Below, in pieces: positions 41,558 to 53,560 of a stretch of DNA of 64,000 bases. Both the position numbers and the translations under genes were made by a program. The DNA is from Camelus dromedarius. Its lineage: Eukaryota. The stretch covers positions 93,994,001 through 94,058,000 of the forward strand of contig NC_087472.1 in NCBI RefSeq assembly GCF_036321535.1, in the 5' to 3' direction. Every line of letters starts with the position of its first letter. Position 1 is the first letter of the stretch. The notes beneath the pieces are model-generated. The model ran no database searches. It was not told the DNA's origin and worked only from the letters and a program-made list of their open reading frames with translations.

Positions 41558-42291
41558 TAGAGGTTCTCAACCAGGGATGATTTTGTTCCTCAGGGGATAT
41601 TTGGCAATGTCTGGACACATTTGTGGTAGTTACTTCTGGAGCGGGAGAGTTCTACTGTGTCAATGGAAAGACTCAATAAGCAGGTTACAGTAGGAATAGA
41701 AAAGAGTTTTATTCGAGCCAAACTGAGACTGTAGCCCCAGAGACAGCCTCTCAGATTGCTCTGAGGAACTGCTCCAGAGAAGCATGATTTTCAGCACAGT
41801 TTTATATCTTGTCAGTACAAAGAACATGAAACATGACAGGGGTCCATTCCTTCAAGGTTTCAAAAAAGACAGATCAGCACGTACACAGTGAGTTTGTAAT
41901 GGCCTTAGTGGCTGGGAATGAAGCCTTTATCATTGAAAGACTTCTACCACTGGCATCACAACAATGGAGGCCTTTAATTTTATCTTTAAAATGGGTTTTT
42001 TTTTTCACTTCTGGTCATTTCATCCTTTTCTTTATGGTTAAAGCAGATGTACAATGTGTGCTTAATGGGCCACAAAACAGGCTATTTTAGTTAGCATAAA
42101 GTTTAAGTTAAACCATGTGTAAGCCAGAATGACTTCCCCATACCTCAATATGTGAAATGTCTTCCATCGATTGGCATCTAGTGTGTAGAGGCCAGGAATG
42201 TTGCTCTGCATCCTAAATGCACAGAGTAGCTCCCCATGACAAAAAATCACCTGGCCCTAAATATCAGTAATGCTGAAGTAGAGAAATCCTG
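41558..42291 (+). mobile_element. MER20 split by an ERV1 LTR
   Basis: The MER20 5' half (ggttctcaacc...atttggcaatgtctgga) and 3' half (ggcatctagtg...gagaaatcctg) flank the LTR. Confidence 0.85.
41658..42169 (-). mobile_element. ERV1-class solo LTR
   Basis: Starts TGTCAA; shares gacagcctctcagattgctctgaggaactgctcc with the other ERV1 LTRs; TSD ACTG / ATTG. Confidence 0.8.
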
Positions 42292-42305
42292 CTCTGAGTG
42301 TCCAA

Positions 42306-42385
42306 GCAGGGATCAGCAAACGTTGGTCTGGCTTGCCAAATCCAGCCCATCCTGTTTCTGTAAATAATGTTTCTTTGGAACTTTG
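42306..42385 (+). mobile_element. MER58-like hAT fragment
   Basis: cagggatcagcaaac...ccaaatccagccca...tgtaaataatgtttctttggaac. Confidence 0.6.
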
Positions 42386-42404
42386 CTTGTATATAATACA
42401 TATG

Positions 42405-42405
<1 letters not shown>

Positions 42406-42449
<44 letters not shown>

Positions 42450-42462
42450 GGAGAGGGAGAGA
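42406..42462. repeat. Compound (TG)n(AG)n microsatellite
   Basis: Direct reading. Confidence 0.95.
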
Positions 42463-42984
42463 CTTGTTATAGACAGTTTAATACGTATTATTTTTGTTCA
42501 AAGTAACAAATCAAAGGATTAGTTTTTAAGCAGAATCTTCCTGAAATACACAGAAGGCTGAAAAGGGGGCCAAGCCTCTACTCTATGTTTTGCTGCACTG
42601 TTTCCCTGAGATCTGGTGGTGTCGTTTCCCTGATCAGCATACTCTGGGGGAAAGATGTTCTGCTGTAGGTCTTGCGTGTTCTGTTAAACTTCTCTATTCA
42701 GCTGTTTTCTCTTTGCATTTGCAGATGTACTAATAAAGTATTCAGGAAATAGAAACAGACTATCTCAATAAGTGCATATTACCAAGGAAAATATTCTGTT
42801 GGCAGGAAAATGAAATTATACTTTAAAGTTATTATTTTCAGTGGAATTTATTACTTCCTCACCATGCTTTCACTGCAATTTCTACATAAAGTAAAACTTT
42901 AATAATACTTAACATATGTATGAACTAGGTGATACATTGCAGATTCCTCAATAAAGGAGATTTAAATAGTTTTATAGTTATTCT

Positions 42985-43530
42985 CTGTTCAGGATACATA
43001 TTGATTACAAAGGATAAAATAGTAACTTTACAGTGGAGAAACCTGACGGACACCACCTTAATCAAGTGATCAAGCTCAATATCATCAGTAATAAGACAGT
43101 GACATTATGAACCCCTTGATATGATGCACTGAGAAGTACTCACCGTCACTTCTGTAGTATTCTTGGCAAAAAAAAAAATGTACAAGTGAAATTTATTATG
43201 AGGAAACATCACACAAATCCAAATTGAGGAACATTCAGCAAAATAACTGGCTAGTTCTTTTCAAAAGTGTCAAGGTTATGACACTTCCCCAGGTTGAAAA
43301 ACATGATAACTGTGCAGTGTGACATTCTGGATTGAATCCTGGAACAGTAAAAGGGCATTAATGTGATGATTGGCAATGTTTGATTAAGTTTTGTAGATTA
43401 GCTAGTAGTGTTCTATCAATGCTGATTTCTTGGTTCTGGTGTACCATGATTATATAAGATTATAATTTGGAGGGAAGCTGTATAAAAATAAAGGAACTGT
43501 GTAGTATTTTGCAGTGTCTTTTGGTTATAT
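42985..43530 (+). mobile_element. L1MC-like 3' UTR
   Basis: agtaactttacagtggagaaacctg...caccaccttaatcaagtgatcaag, typical of L1MC. Confidence 0.8.
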
Positions 43531-44944
43531 ATATTGCTTTTTGCTCCACCAAGCCTAGCACAGATTACCAAGTCCATAAAAACTTGAATTAATAAATATC
43601 CACCCATTGCTTTAGTATTACATTTTATTTATCAATACTTTCTTTTGTTTCCTGATACTAGATCTTACTTTCATCTCCAGAGAAGCCAAATTTTTTCTCT
43701 TTTTGTGTAGAAGCCTTCAAAATCCCAGTACCCAACTGTGTCCACATTTATTTTCAAAAATAATGAAACCCCATACCTTCTACTAGAAGACATTGCACTA
43801 GCAGCCTCTCTGTGACAGTAAGGAAATCACTGATGGGACAGATAACGTGAGCAAAACTTTTAAGGGCCTGATTTGAAATGTTAACATATAATTTATATTT
43901 AGTATTGGATTGGTAACCTATGTTAATAACTGAAATACACATTCATATACTATAAAAATCTTTAAAAATTTAGTTTTGTTGTTTTCTTTATTTTTGAAAC
44001 CTTTTGAATATAGCACTCAGACAAACCATTGCGAACTCATTTTTAAAACTGTCATAGTATTTGATCTTCCACATCCTCTCTCTTAAAAGGTACTTATAGT
44101 AAATGTACAAGATAAAAGTAATTCCAGAAGCCTCACATGAAAATCTCTGCTTGTATGCATTCCATATATTTAACAATTAAAAAGAATAAAATTTACTTTG
44201 TTTTTATATTCTTGATAAATAACATGACTATTCTAAAAATGTTTGGTGGTGCCATTGTTTGAAGCCTCTGGTTGAAACAAATTAATTGTAACTTGGTCAT
44301 GCTTTGGATTAAAACCAAACCTGAATGTAAAAATCTTGTTATTTGGACGCAGCTAAATCTATTGGTATATGAGTATTGATAGCAGTAATTCCATATTTAA
44401 ATAGAAAGTAACTTAAAGTTGAAATTTAGTATTTTATTGTCAAGATTAGAACAAAACTTGGCATCATCTCCCTGGAATTGATAACTCTAATGTAGCTAGA
44501 TTTATTATACTGAAAAACATGTTAATAAAGCTGAAGTATTATAAGGGAATGGGCTCCCACTACAGAATTGCTTTAAAATGAAAGGGTGCTTAGTGAAGTT
44601 AATTATTTAGAGTCATAGTGAAGAGTGAGCCTGAACACCTTATTGTGGCTAAAATAATGGATCTGGTCTGCTGACATATAAAAATTCTTAAGTGAAACAA
44701 GCTAACTTGCATCAAAAGAAATTGCCTCTTAGTCCAGTAGAACTATCTGCAATAAGGTACACGTACAACACTAGGCAACCCACTTTAAAGATTGTCATCC
44801 TGAAGGTGGTTTCTGTATTGGAAACTGATTTCAATAAAATACTCTAGAGTTATCCATCTGTAATCTGGAGTAAGAATTCTAGATACTGATTTCACTCTAA
44901 TTAAAATAACAACTTCTGACATAAAATTGAAAAGAAATCCATTT

Positions 44945-45355
44945 TTGAATTGAAGCAGAGTTGACTTACAATATTATATTTGTTTCAGAGGTATAATATA
45001 GTATAATATTTTTATAGATTACAGACTATACAGAGTTATTATAAAACATTGATTATATTCCACGTTGCTGTACTTTAAACTCTGTGACTTACTTATTTTA
45101 TAACTGGTAATCTGTACCTCTTAATCCCCTGCACCTATTTTGCCCTTCCCCCCTGTCTTCTGGCAACTACTGATATGCTCTCTGTATCTGTTTCCATTTT
45201 GTTTTATTTCTTTATTTGTTTTGATTTTTTAGATTCCATATATAAGTGGAAATATACATTTGTCTGTCTGGTTTATTTCACTAAGCATAATACCCTCCAG
45301 GTCCATCCATTTGCAAATGGAAAATTTTCATTCTTTTTTATGGGTGAGTAATATT

Positions 45356-45414
<59 letters not shown>

Positions 45415-46499
45415 TTATCCATTCATCTATCACTGGACACTTAGATTGCTGCCATATCTTGGCTTTTGTAGAAAATGCTGCTCTGAATATTGGGGTGCGT
45501 ATGTCTTTTCAGTTAGTGTTTTTGTTTTCTTCAGATAAATACCCAGAAGTGGAATTGCAGGATCATATGGTAGGTCTATTTTTAAACTTTTTGAGGAACC
45601 TCCATACTGTTTTCCATAGTGATTCCCACCAATAGTGTATTAGGGTTCCCTTTTATCTACATCCTTGCTAGCACTTGTTATTTCTTGTCTTTTTGATGAT
45701 AGCCATTCTGACAGGTGTGAGGTAATATCTTATTGCAGTTTTGATTTGTAAAATGTTGAGTATGTGATATTGAACATCTGATGAGTAGTGATGTTGAGCA
45801 TCTTTTCACATGCCTGTTGGCCATCGGTATGTTTTCTTTGGAAAAATGCCTATTCAGGTTTTCTGCCCATTTTTTAATTGGATTATTTGGAGTTTTTTGG
45901 GATTGAGTGGTATGAATTTCTTTTTAATATATTTTGATAATTAACCCCTTATCTGACATATCATTTGCACATATCTTCTCTCATTCAGTAGGTTGTCTTT
46001 TCACTTCATTGATGATTTCCATCACTGTACAAAAAGTTTTTAGTTTGATTTCATCCCATTTGTTTATTTTTGCTTTTGTTTCCCTTGCTTGAGGAGATAA
46101 TATCTGAAAAAATATTACTAATACTGTCTATTTTTTCTTCTAGAAATTTTATGGTTTGAGGTCTTACGTTTAAGCCTTGAATCCATTTTGAGATTATTTT
46201 TGTTTATTATGTGAGGGAACATTCTAATCTCATTGTTTTACATGTAGCTGTCCAGTTTCCCAAACAACATTTATTTAAGAGACTGTCTTTTCTCTCTTGT
46301 GTATTCTTGCCTCCTTTTCTGCGGATGAATTGACCATACATGTGGGTTTATTTCTAGGCTCTGTATTCTATTCCATTGATCTATGTGTCTGTTTTTGTGC
46401 CAGGACCATGCTGTTCAGATTATTATAGTTCTGTAGTATATTGTAAAGTCGGGGAGAGTGATATCGCCAGCTTTCTCAAGATTACTTTAGCTATTCAGG
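44945..46499 (-). mobile_element. 5'-truncated L1 (ORF2 C-terminus plus 3'UTR)
   Basis: Antisense L1 text; 19-bp TSD ATTGAAAAGAAATCYATTT at 44926-44944 / 46500-46518; (TG)n at 45358-45408. Confidence 0.92.
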
Positions 46500-46819
46500 A
46501 TTGAAAAGAAATCTATTTAAATCAAGCAAACTTGTATATAATTAGATTGATTTATATGAAATCCCAGTTGCTATTAAAACATGATGTAGTCTTTAAGTAA
46601 GACATTGTTTAATAGTTCTTCAAATGATTTCTCAAATTCAAGGCTTTTCTTACATTTTATGATAGTATGCCAAGGTTTTCAAGTTTAATATTGTAATTCT
46701 ATAAATTTCTCCCTTTAAGGTAATGTGGTACACTTTTTAAAAATTGTTCTTGTTCTTGTTGTTTCTGTTGTTGTTGTTTTTCTTGTTTTCTACTCAGCAT
46801 ATCCTATGTTATTATTCTA

Positions 46820-49800
46820 AAGAAAAAACAGAAGAAATGATAAAGAAGATTCAAATCCATACATTTCAGACATTAAATTCAGGATAATCAGACAAAATAC
46901 TCCATTTTAAAAGTTAAGAATTGTCAGAAAACATATTTATAATCTTAAAAAATGAATTGTGTGTCCTATAAGAAAGAATGGGAAAAAATGTACAATGTGG
47001 CAGTTAACCAAAGAAAGTTGGTATTATTACTCTTATATCAGACAAAGTAGATTTAAAGAAAGAAATTATTACTTGGGGAAAAAATAAGCTTATTTCAATA
47101 CAGTAAGAGGCTGAATCCAAGAGGAAGATAAAAACATCCTAACCTTACATTTAGATAATAATATATCCTCAATTTACAAAACAAAAGAAGCGATAGAACT
47201 CAAAGGAGATACAAATAATCACACTGTGAGAGTTTAACTCACGAATCTCTGAAACTAATAGAAAAACAAGGGGAAAAAATTGCAAGAAAGAAGAATATTT
47301 AAACAATTTTGTCCTAATTGACATATAGAAAAATAGACTGAACCACAGCAGAATACACATTCTCTTCAAGTACACATGAAAACATCTACACAATTGGCTC
47401 ATATACTGAGTCATTGGACAAAATTCACGTAACTAATACACAGTATGTGTCATATCCAGAGCAGAAATAAAGTAGAAATTAACTCAGAATTTAGTTACTT
47501 CCAAAATGTTTTCAAATTAATGATTTTTTTGTATTTTGCATGCATGGTTTGGTTTGCTGGATTTCCTGTATAAAATAGTATAGAGGTAATTGAAGATTCT
47601 AGGTGATTTTATCTTCCTCTGGGGAACCTTTGCTTTTGCTTCTGATAGGTGGGGGCAGTTCACCTCTTAGCAATCAGGGACTGAGAAATTTTGAAGCTGG
47701 GTCTCAATTTTGTGAGGAGTTTTCTATTTCTGATTCATATGGACACTTGGGGCAGAGCCCCTCAGGGACACCAAATGAATCCTTGGAGTATTTTACAGAG
47801 CCTTTTGTCTTTATGGTCCCTGAATCCAATCTGTGTTGCTGGGCCAGGGGGAGTGCTGAAACCCGGCTCAGCTGCTTATTAGCTTCTCAGTGATAGCATT
47901 CTGCTTGGCGTCTTGGATTCTCAATTACGAACTTTTCATCAGCAAAACCTTTAAAAGAAAAGCAGTACAAACTTCATTCTTACCACCTGGGCAACTCTTC
48001 CTGCGATCTTGTTTCATCAGATTTTGCACCCTTGTATTTTTGCCATCAAACTGATGCCTTGATCATTTTTCCCCTTTTTCTAAATTTCCTCAGCAGGATG
48101 GTTGTGGTGAAACAGGCTATTCCCACATTATTGGAAGCAGACATTGTCACAAATGCTTTTTTTTTTTTTTGTATGCTTTATTTTGTAGCTTTTTATCCAT
48201 AAAGCCAATAAATATTAAATTAAATAGGTAAACCATTTATTTTAAGACACATGATCCTCACTAGCAGTGAGGTTTTTGGTAATAATTTGCTTAGATGCTT
48301 TCAATTAATTTTACTTAATTGAGTCAGTAAGTGTTTCTTCAGCACTTGTGCACCAAGTGTGGTCCATTTGCTAGATGTACCACCTAGTGGAAAAGAGTCA
48401 AGTAAGTAAGGTGTACATTACACATACCAGTATGTACGTGTTCCTGTATTATTAACACATATTAATGAAGCAAAATCATGCTAGACCTTAACAAAATTAT
48501 CAAGAATTTCAAGGAAATTGTATCAAACAAGTCACAATCTCTGATCAAGTTGTCAGTGGCATACAAAGATCCATAATTTGTACATTGTTTGCATTTGTAT
48601 GTTGAAACTCTTCTGATCAAGGCAGACTGGGTAAATCAGACTATTTCTATCTAGATTACAACTTGAGAGGCTGGAACAGAGAAAGAGAGCTGGCGATTGG
48701 AGAGCTAACAACAGCAGATAAATATTAGAGTAAAGATCCACAGAAGTGAACACAGCATTTACACCAGTCTTTCCTCTTGAGGGGTCTGCAGGTTCAGATA
48801 GCTTACTTAGAGATTAGACACTAAACAAAACTAACTTCAATAGATTCAGCAGGACACAGGAAAAACGAGAGTTCAGGAGTCACTAATCAGTGTCTTTGTG
48901 TGGTGGGAGATGGGATGTAAATTCTGCAGAGTTTTGGTGGGATACTGAAGGTTATGCTTTGGAAGCTACAGTAAACCTGAAATTAACCAACTCTAACCAG
49001 GTGCTAAAGCCTGACTTTGAATCATTTGAACCTCTGATTGTATTAAGAGTGTCTAGAAATAATAATGCTGTTAGTTACTCAGCCAGAGTAAATTAAATGT
49101 GAATTATTGCTATAATTTTTATAAATAGTTCCTGGAACACAATTAAAAATGACTAGGATAAGCATGAGGGGAAAAAAAGGTGACTAAAACCCAGCTGACA
49201 CAACAGATAGAAACAGACACACAAGATAACCAGATAATAGAGCTATCAGATATGCAATTAAAAATGCCTAATATAGCCAAAGAAATAAAATACCAGGTTA
49301 AGAATTTAGCAGATAACTGGAAATTGAAAAACAAACAGGTTTATTTGATGTATTTGAAGTTCTGTTATTTGGAATCCAAGTATTTAGGTTTGTAGTATGC
49401 CTATTAAATGGATCCTTTAATCATAATGAAACATCTCTTTTTATCTCTAGTTATACTCCTTTTCTTAGTTTGTTTTGTCTAGCATTAATGTACCCATTCC
49501 AGCTTTCTTATGCTTACTTTTCTGTGCTATTTCTTTTTTCATACTATTATTTGACACCTAACTATATCTTTAAATATAAGTTGTGTCTCATATAAACAGC
49601 ATATAATTGGGATTTAGTTGTTGGTTGTTTTTATCTAGTCTGACAGTCTTCACTTTTAACTGGAATGTTTCGGTCTGTTTAAATTTAGTTATTCTGAATA
49701 TAGTTTGTTTTAAAGTCAACCATTTTGTCCTTTGTTTTCTGTTTTCCCATTTCTTTTTACTTCTCTGTTCCTGCTTTTGTGCCTACTTTTGTATTTATTA

Positions 49801-49850
49801 AACATTTTTTATTATTCAAAGTAAGTTCCTCCATTGGGTTTTTATCTGAC
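46820..49850. mobile_element. Mosaic of ancient L1M fragments in both orientations
   Basis: Sense ORF2-start-like text (atatcagacaaagtagattt; cagcagaatacacattc) and antisense L1M text from ~49340. Confidence 0.55.
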
Positions 49851-50330
49851 ACAGTTTAAAAACATGTCCACACATTCTTCGACGTTGTTTCCTTTAAGAG
49901 ATGAGGTTTATAGCTCTTCCCAGGATTCTGGGTCAACCTCATGACTTTTTTTTTTTTTTTAATGTTTTTTAAATGGAAGATTTTTAGGTCTATTTATTTG
50001 TTTGTTTATTTTTTTTTAAGCAGAGGTACTGGGAATTGAACCCAGGACTTTGTGCATGCTAGGTATGTACTCTGCCACTGAGCTATACCCTCCCCCACCC
50101 CCATGACTCTTTTTGATTGACAGAATGCAGCACTTGTGATGCTGCTTGAATTCCTAGGCTGCCGGTAGAAACAACTGCCATTACCAACTGCCACCAATGG
50201 AGGGCGCCATCTTGGCCCGCCTCCCAGTATACTTTCCTCGTATTTCAGTGGTTCTCCGTTCCCATCAACTGTCACTTCTCTTCAGCCAGTAGAACTTCCG
50301 GTAGCACGGCGAATTACAGATTGTCAAGAG
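49848..50330 (+). mobile_element. MLT1-like MaLR LTR, interrupted by a SINE; right half heavily diverged
   Basis: MLT1-like text (cctcatgact...gattgacagaatgcagcacttgtgatgctgcttgaattcctaggct) continues across the SINE; the right boundary is uncertain. Confidence 0.55.
49947..50101 (-). mobile_element. tRNA-derived camelid SINE (Vic-1-like)
   Basis: A/B boxes on the minus strand; TSD CATGACT at 49940-49946 / 50102-50108. Confidence 0.9.
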
Positions 50331-50534
50331 ACAAACTGTTTAGGATTTTGTGGAGTGTCTCTCAGTTCATAAGGATAATCTTGCTGAATGTAGAATTCCG
50401 CCTTGACGGGTTTAGTTTTTCTCTCACTCTAGTTGTAGTTCTCCGCGGGTACTGTTGAGAAGACAGCCATCTTCTCAAAGCGCACGACGACGTCTCTTCA
50501 CTGAATGCCGCTTGGTTTCCAACAAGAGGTTAGT
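50160..50534. promoter_or_regulatory. CpG-rich promoter-like element with three MYB/A-MYB-type sites, CCAAT, YY1, GC-box and ETS motifs
   Basis: 17 CpGs in 50161-50510 against a CpG-poor background; CAACTGCCA at 50172 and 50185; CAACTGTCA at 50266; CCAAT at 50194; CGCCATCTTGG at 50205; CCCGCCTCCC at 50216; ACTTCCGG at 50294. Confidence 0.7.
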
Positions 50535-51739
50535 CATTGTTTTAATCATTATTCTTGATAATATGTCCTTATTTTTCTGGCAGTATTGATGGAAATACAT
50601 TTGTTCACTTCATAGTTTCATAATATCACTCATATTTCTTATATGTTGAATATATAGTATGGTAAAAGATTTTTTAAAGTGTATAGCTGAAAAAAGTGTA
50701 TAGCTGTTTTTCAATCAAAATTATTTAATTTATATAAATAAATTTATATAACTACAAATCTGACAATGACAACAAAATAAAGCCAAAGAAGAGGCTAGTA
50801 TAAAATAACAAAAGCTAAAAAAATTTTAAAAAATTTATTAAAATATTTGTCTGAATAAACAATAGACAGGTTACAGTAATTTAATCATATTTCCAAGGAA
50901 AATCTTAAAATTAAAGCTTTTTAAATTAAAATTGGTGATCTGATGCTAATGTTGACCTAGATGAAAAATTATATAAGAACAGCCACAAGTCTTAATGAAG
51001 AAAATGAAGTGACACTTGTATTATATATGGCAAAATTTTTATATCTAATAATATGTCTAATAACATTGTTTTTACAAAACATTTTATATACTGTAATTTA
51101 TATAAAATATTTCAAATCAGAATCAATGTAATAACACAATTTATAGAACATAAGTGAAAGGATGAAAATATGCATATATATATGTGCTTAAAATGTAATA
51201 ATTTTGGTATTTCAAATAATAATGAAATGATAGCCTATTTAGACAAAGAGTATTTGTAAAAAAATCAAAGGACAAATACAAAAAAGTATAAAAGACTAAT
51301 AAGTATGTTTAATATATTTAACATTTAATATAAATTAAATTATAATTTTTATATTTTTACCCTAGTATCAGGATACAAAAGATTATGAAGGAGTTTAAAA
51401 TGTTACTCTCATTTTGGAAAGAAATTTGACCCTGTTCCACAAATTTATTTTGCATTACCTTTGCACAGTAATTCTACTTTTAGAATATAGAAAATTGTAG
51501 ACTTTCAGATATGTGCACAAATATACAAGTATGTTATTTGTGTAAATGTGTACAAATGTTTGCGTTTGCTAATATACATGTTTGATGGGTAATCATGATT
51601 TCTTTCTGCAAAGGGATATGCATTTGCACTTTTTGGAAGTTTTACGTTGAACACATGCCATCTTTGTAGGTAATAATATAAAAGTCAAAGAAATAGTCAC
51701 ATGATGGCATATTACTAAAGGTTATTTTGAAATATCTAT

Positions 51740-53543
51740 AATCCTGCTTTTGTTTCTATAAAACTGCTTTTTTTGGGTAATTTCATGGTAATGGAATCAT
51801 GTAATATGAGTTCTAATTTGTCTTGCTTCCTTCACTTGGTATGTTTTTGAGGTTCACCCATGTTCTAGTATATATCAGAAATCAGTTTCTTTTCATTGCT
51901 GAGTCAGAATTTCTTTGTATGGTTATACCACTTGTTGTTTACCCATTTATGAGTTGATGGAGGTTACAGTTCTTTCCATATTTTGGCTATTATGAATAAA
52001 GCACCTATGAATATTTTTGTAGAAGTCTTTGTATGGACATAAGCTCTCAGTTCTCTTGGTTAAATTCCTAGGAGTAGAGGGATTGGATCATATCATGTGG
52101 TATGTTTAATTTTTAAAGAAACTGCCTATGTTTTTCTCAATGTTGCTGTACTATTTTGCAGTCCTAACATCAGTGTATGAAGTTCCAGTTGTTCCACATC
52201 CTTGCCAACTTTTGGTTTTGCTACACTTTTAAAATTTAGCTGTTTTGGAAGGTGGGAATTGGTATCTGACTCTGGATTTTAGTTGTATTTCCCTGAGGAC
52301 TAACGATGTTGGGAATTTATTTGTGTGCTTATTGAATATTCATTAGTGAAGTATTTACCAAAGACAATTGTGCATATATTTAAAGTTGTCTTTTAGTTAT
52401 TGATTGTAATAAGTCTTCATATATTCAAATCATTTTTTCAGATATATGTATTGTTAATATTTTTGTAGGTCTGTAACTTATCTTTCACTTCTTAACTTGT
52501 AGGGAGAGGAGAAGTTTATATATTTGATGAAATGCAATTTATTTTATTTATTTTTGGTATAGTGACTGATAAATTTTTCTCTATGGCGAAGATTGAAAGA
52601 TTTTTTACTATATGTTTTACAGTTTGTATTTTATATTGAGGTCCAGGGTCTATTTCAAGTTCATTTGTGTAGTGTGAAATTCATGTCCAAGTACATTTTT
52701 CCATGTGGTTATTCCGTTGTTACTGTATTTATTGAAATAACTCTTCTTTCTGCCATTGAATTAGCTTGGCATTCTTGTCAAAAATTAAGTTGCCATATTT
52801 CTAGACTTTCTATATTGTTCCATTCTCTCCTTATGCCAATACTATACTCTCTTGAATATTTGAGCTTTGCAGGAAGTTCTGAAATCAGCTGTTAAAGATA
52901 CTTCAACTCATTTTTTAAAAATTTGGGTTATTACAGATCCTTTGCATTTCCATATTAATCTTAGAATAGTTTTGTAAATTTCTACATAAAAAGCCAGCTG
53001 ACATTTTTATTGAAGGTCAACCTATGGAACAATTTGAAAGGAGTGATATCTTACAGTTTTCCAACCAAAAGAAAATGAGGTATCACATTTCTTTATATAT
53101 ATTTTATTTTTCTCAGCAATATATGTAGTTTTCACTAACAGGTTTTGCACATATTTTGCTAATATTTCTCTAGGTAGTTCATGTTTCTTGGTACTGTTGT
53201 ACATGATGATGTTTTAATTTTGTTTCTGATGGTTATTTGCTAGTATATAGATGTGCAATTGATTTTTTGTGCACTGCTCTTGTATCCTATAAACTTGATA
53301 AATTCATGTATTCGCTGTGTTTGCCTCTTTTGTATAGTCCTTCAGATTTCCTATATATATATTATATATATATATGACAATGCATCTCTGAAAAAAAGAC
53401 AGTTATAAGTCTTCTTTTCCAATATGTATATGTTTTATTACCTTTTCTTGTCTTATTAAGGTAGGTAGGACCTCCATTTCAAGTTTGACTAGAAATGATA
53501 AGAACTAATACCCTTACCTTGTCCCCAAACCTGTGGAAAAAAT
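51740..53543 (-). mobile_element. Old L1 (L1MC/ME-like) ORF2-3'UTR remnant
   Basis: Long, diverged antisense L1 text; resumes after 55195. Confidence 0.8.
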
Positions 53544-53560
53544 CAGTCTTTTACTTTTTT

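Noticed and set aside
45260..45635. Overlapping ORFs with VCVC repeats
   Set aside because: They are antisense L1 3'UTR plus a (TG)n microsatellite.
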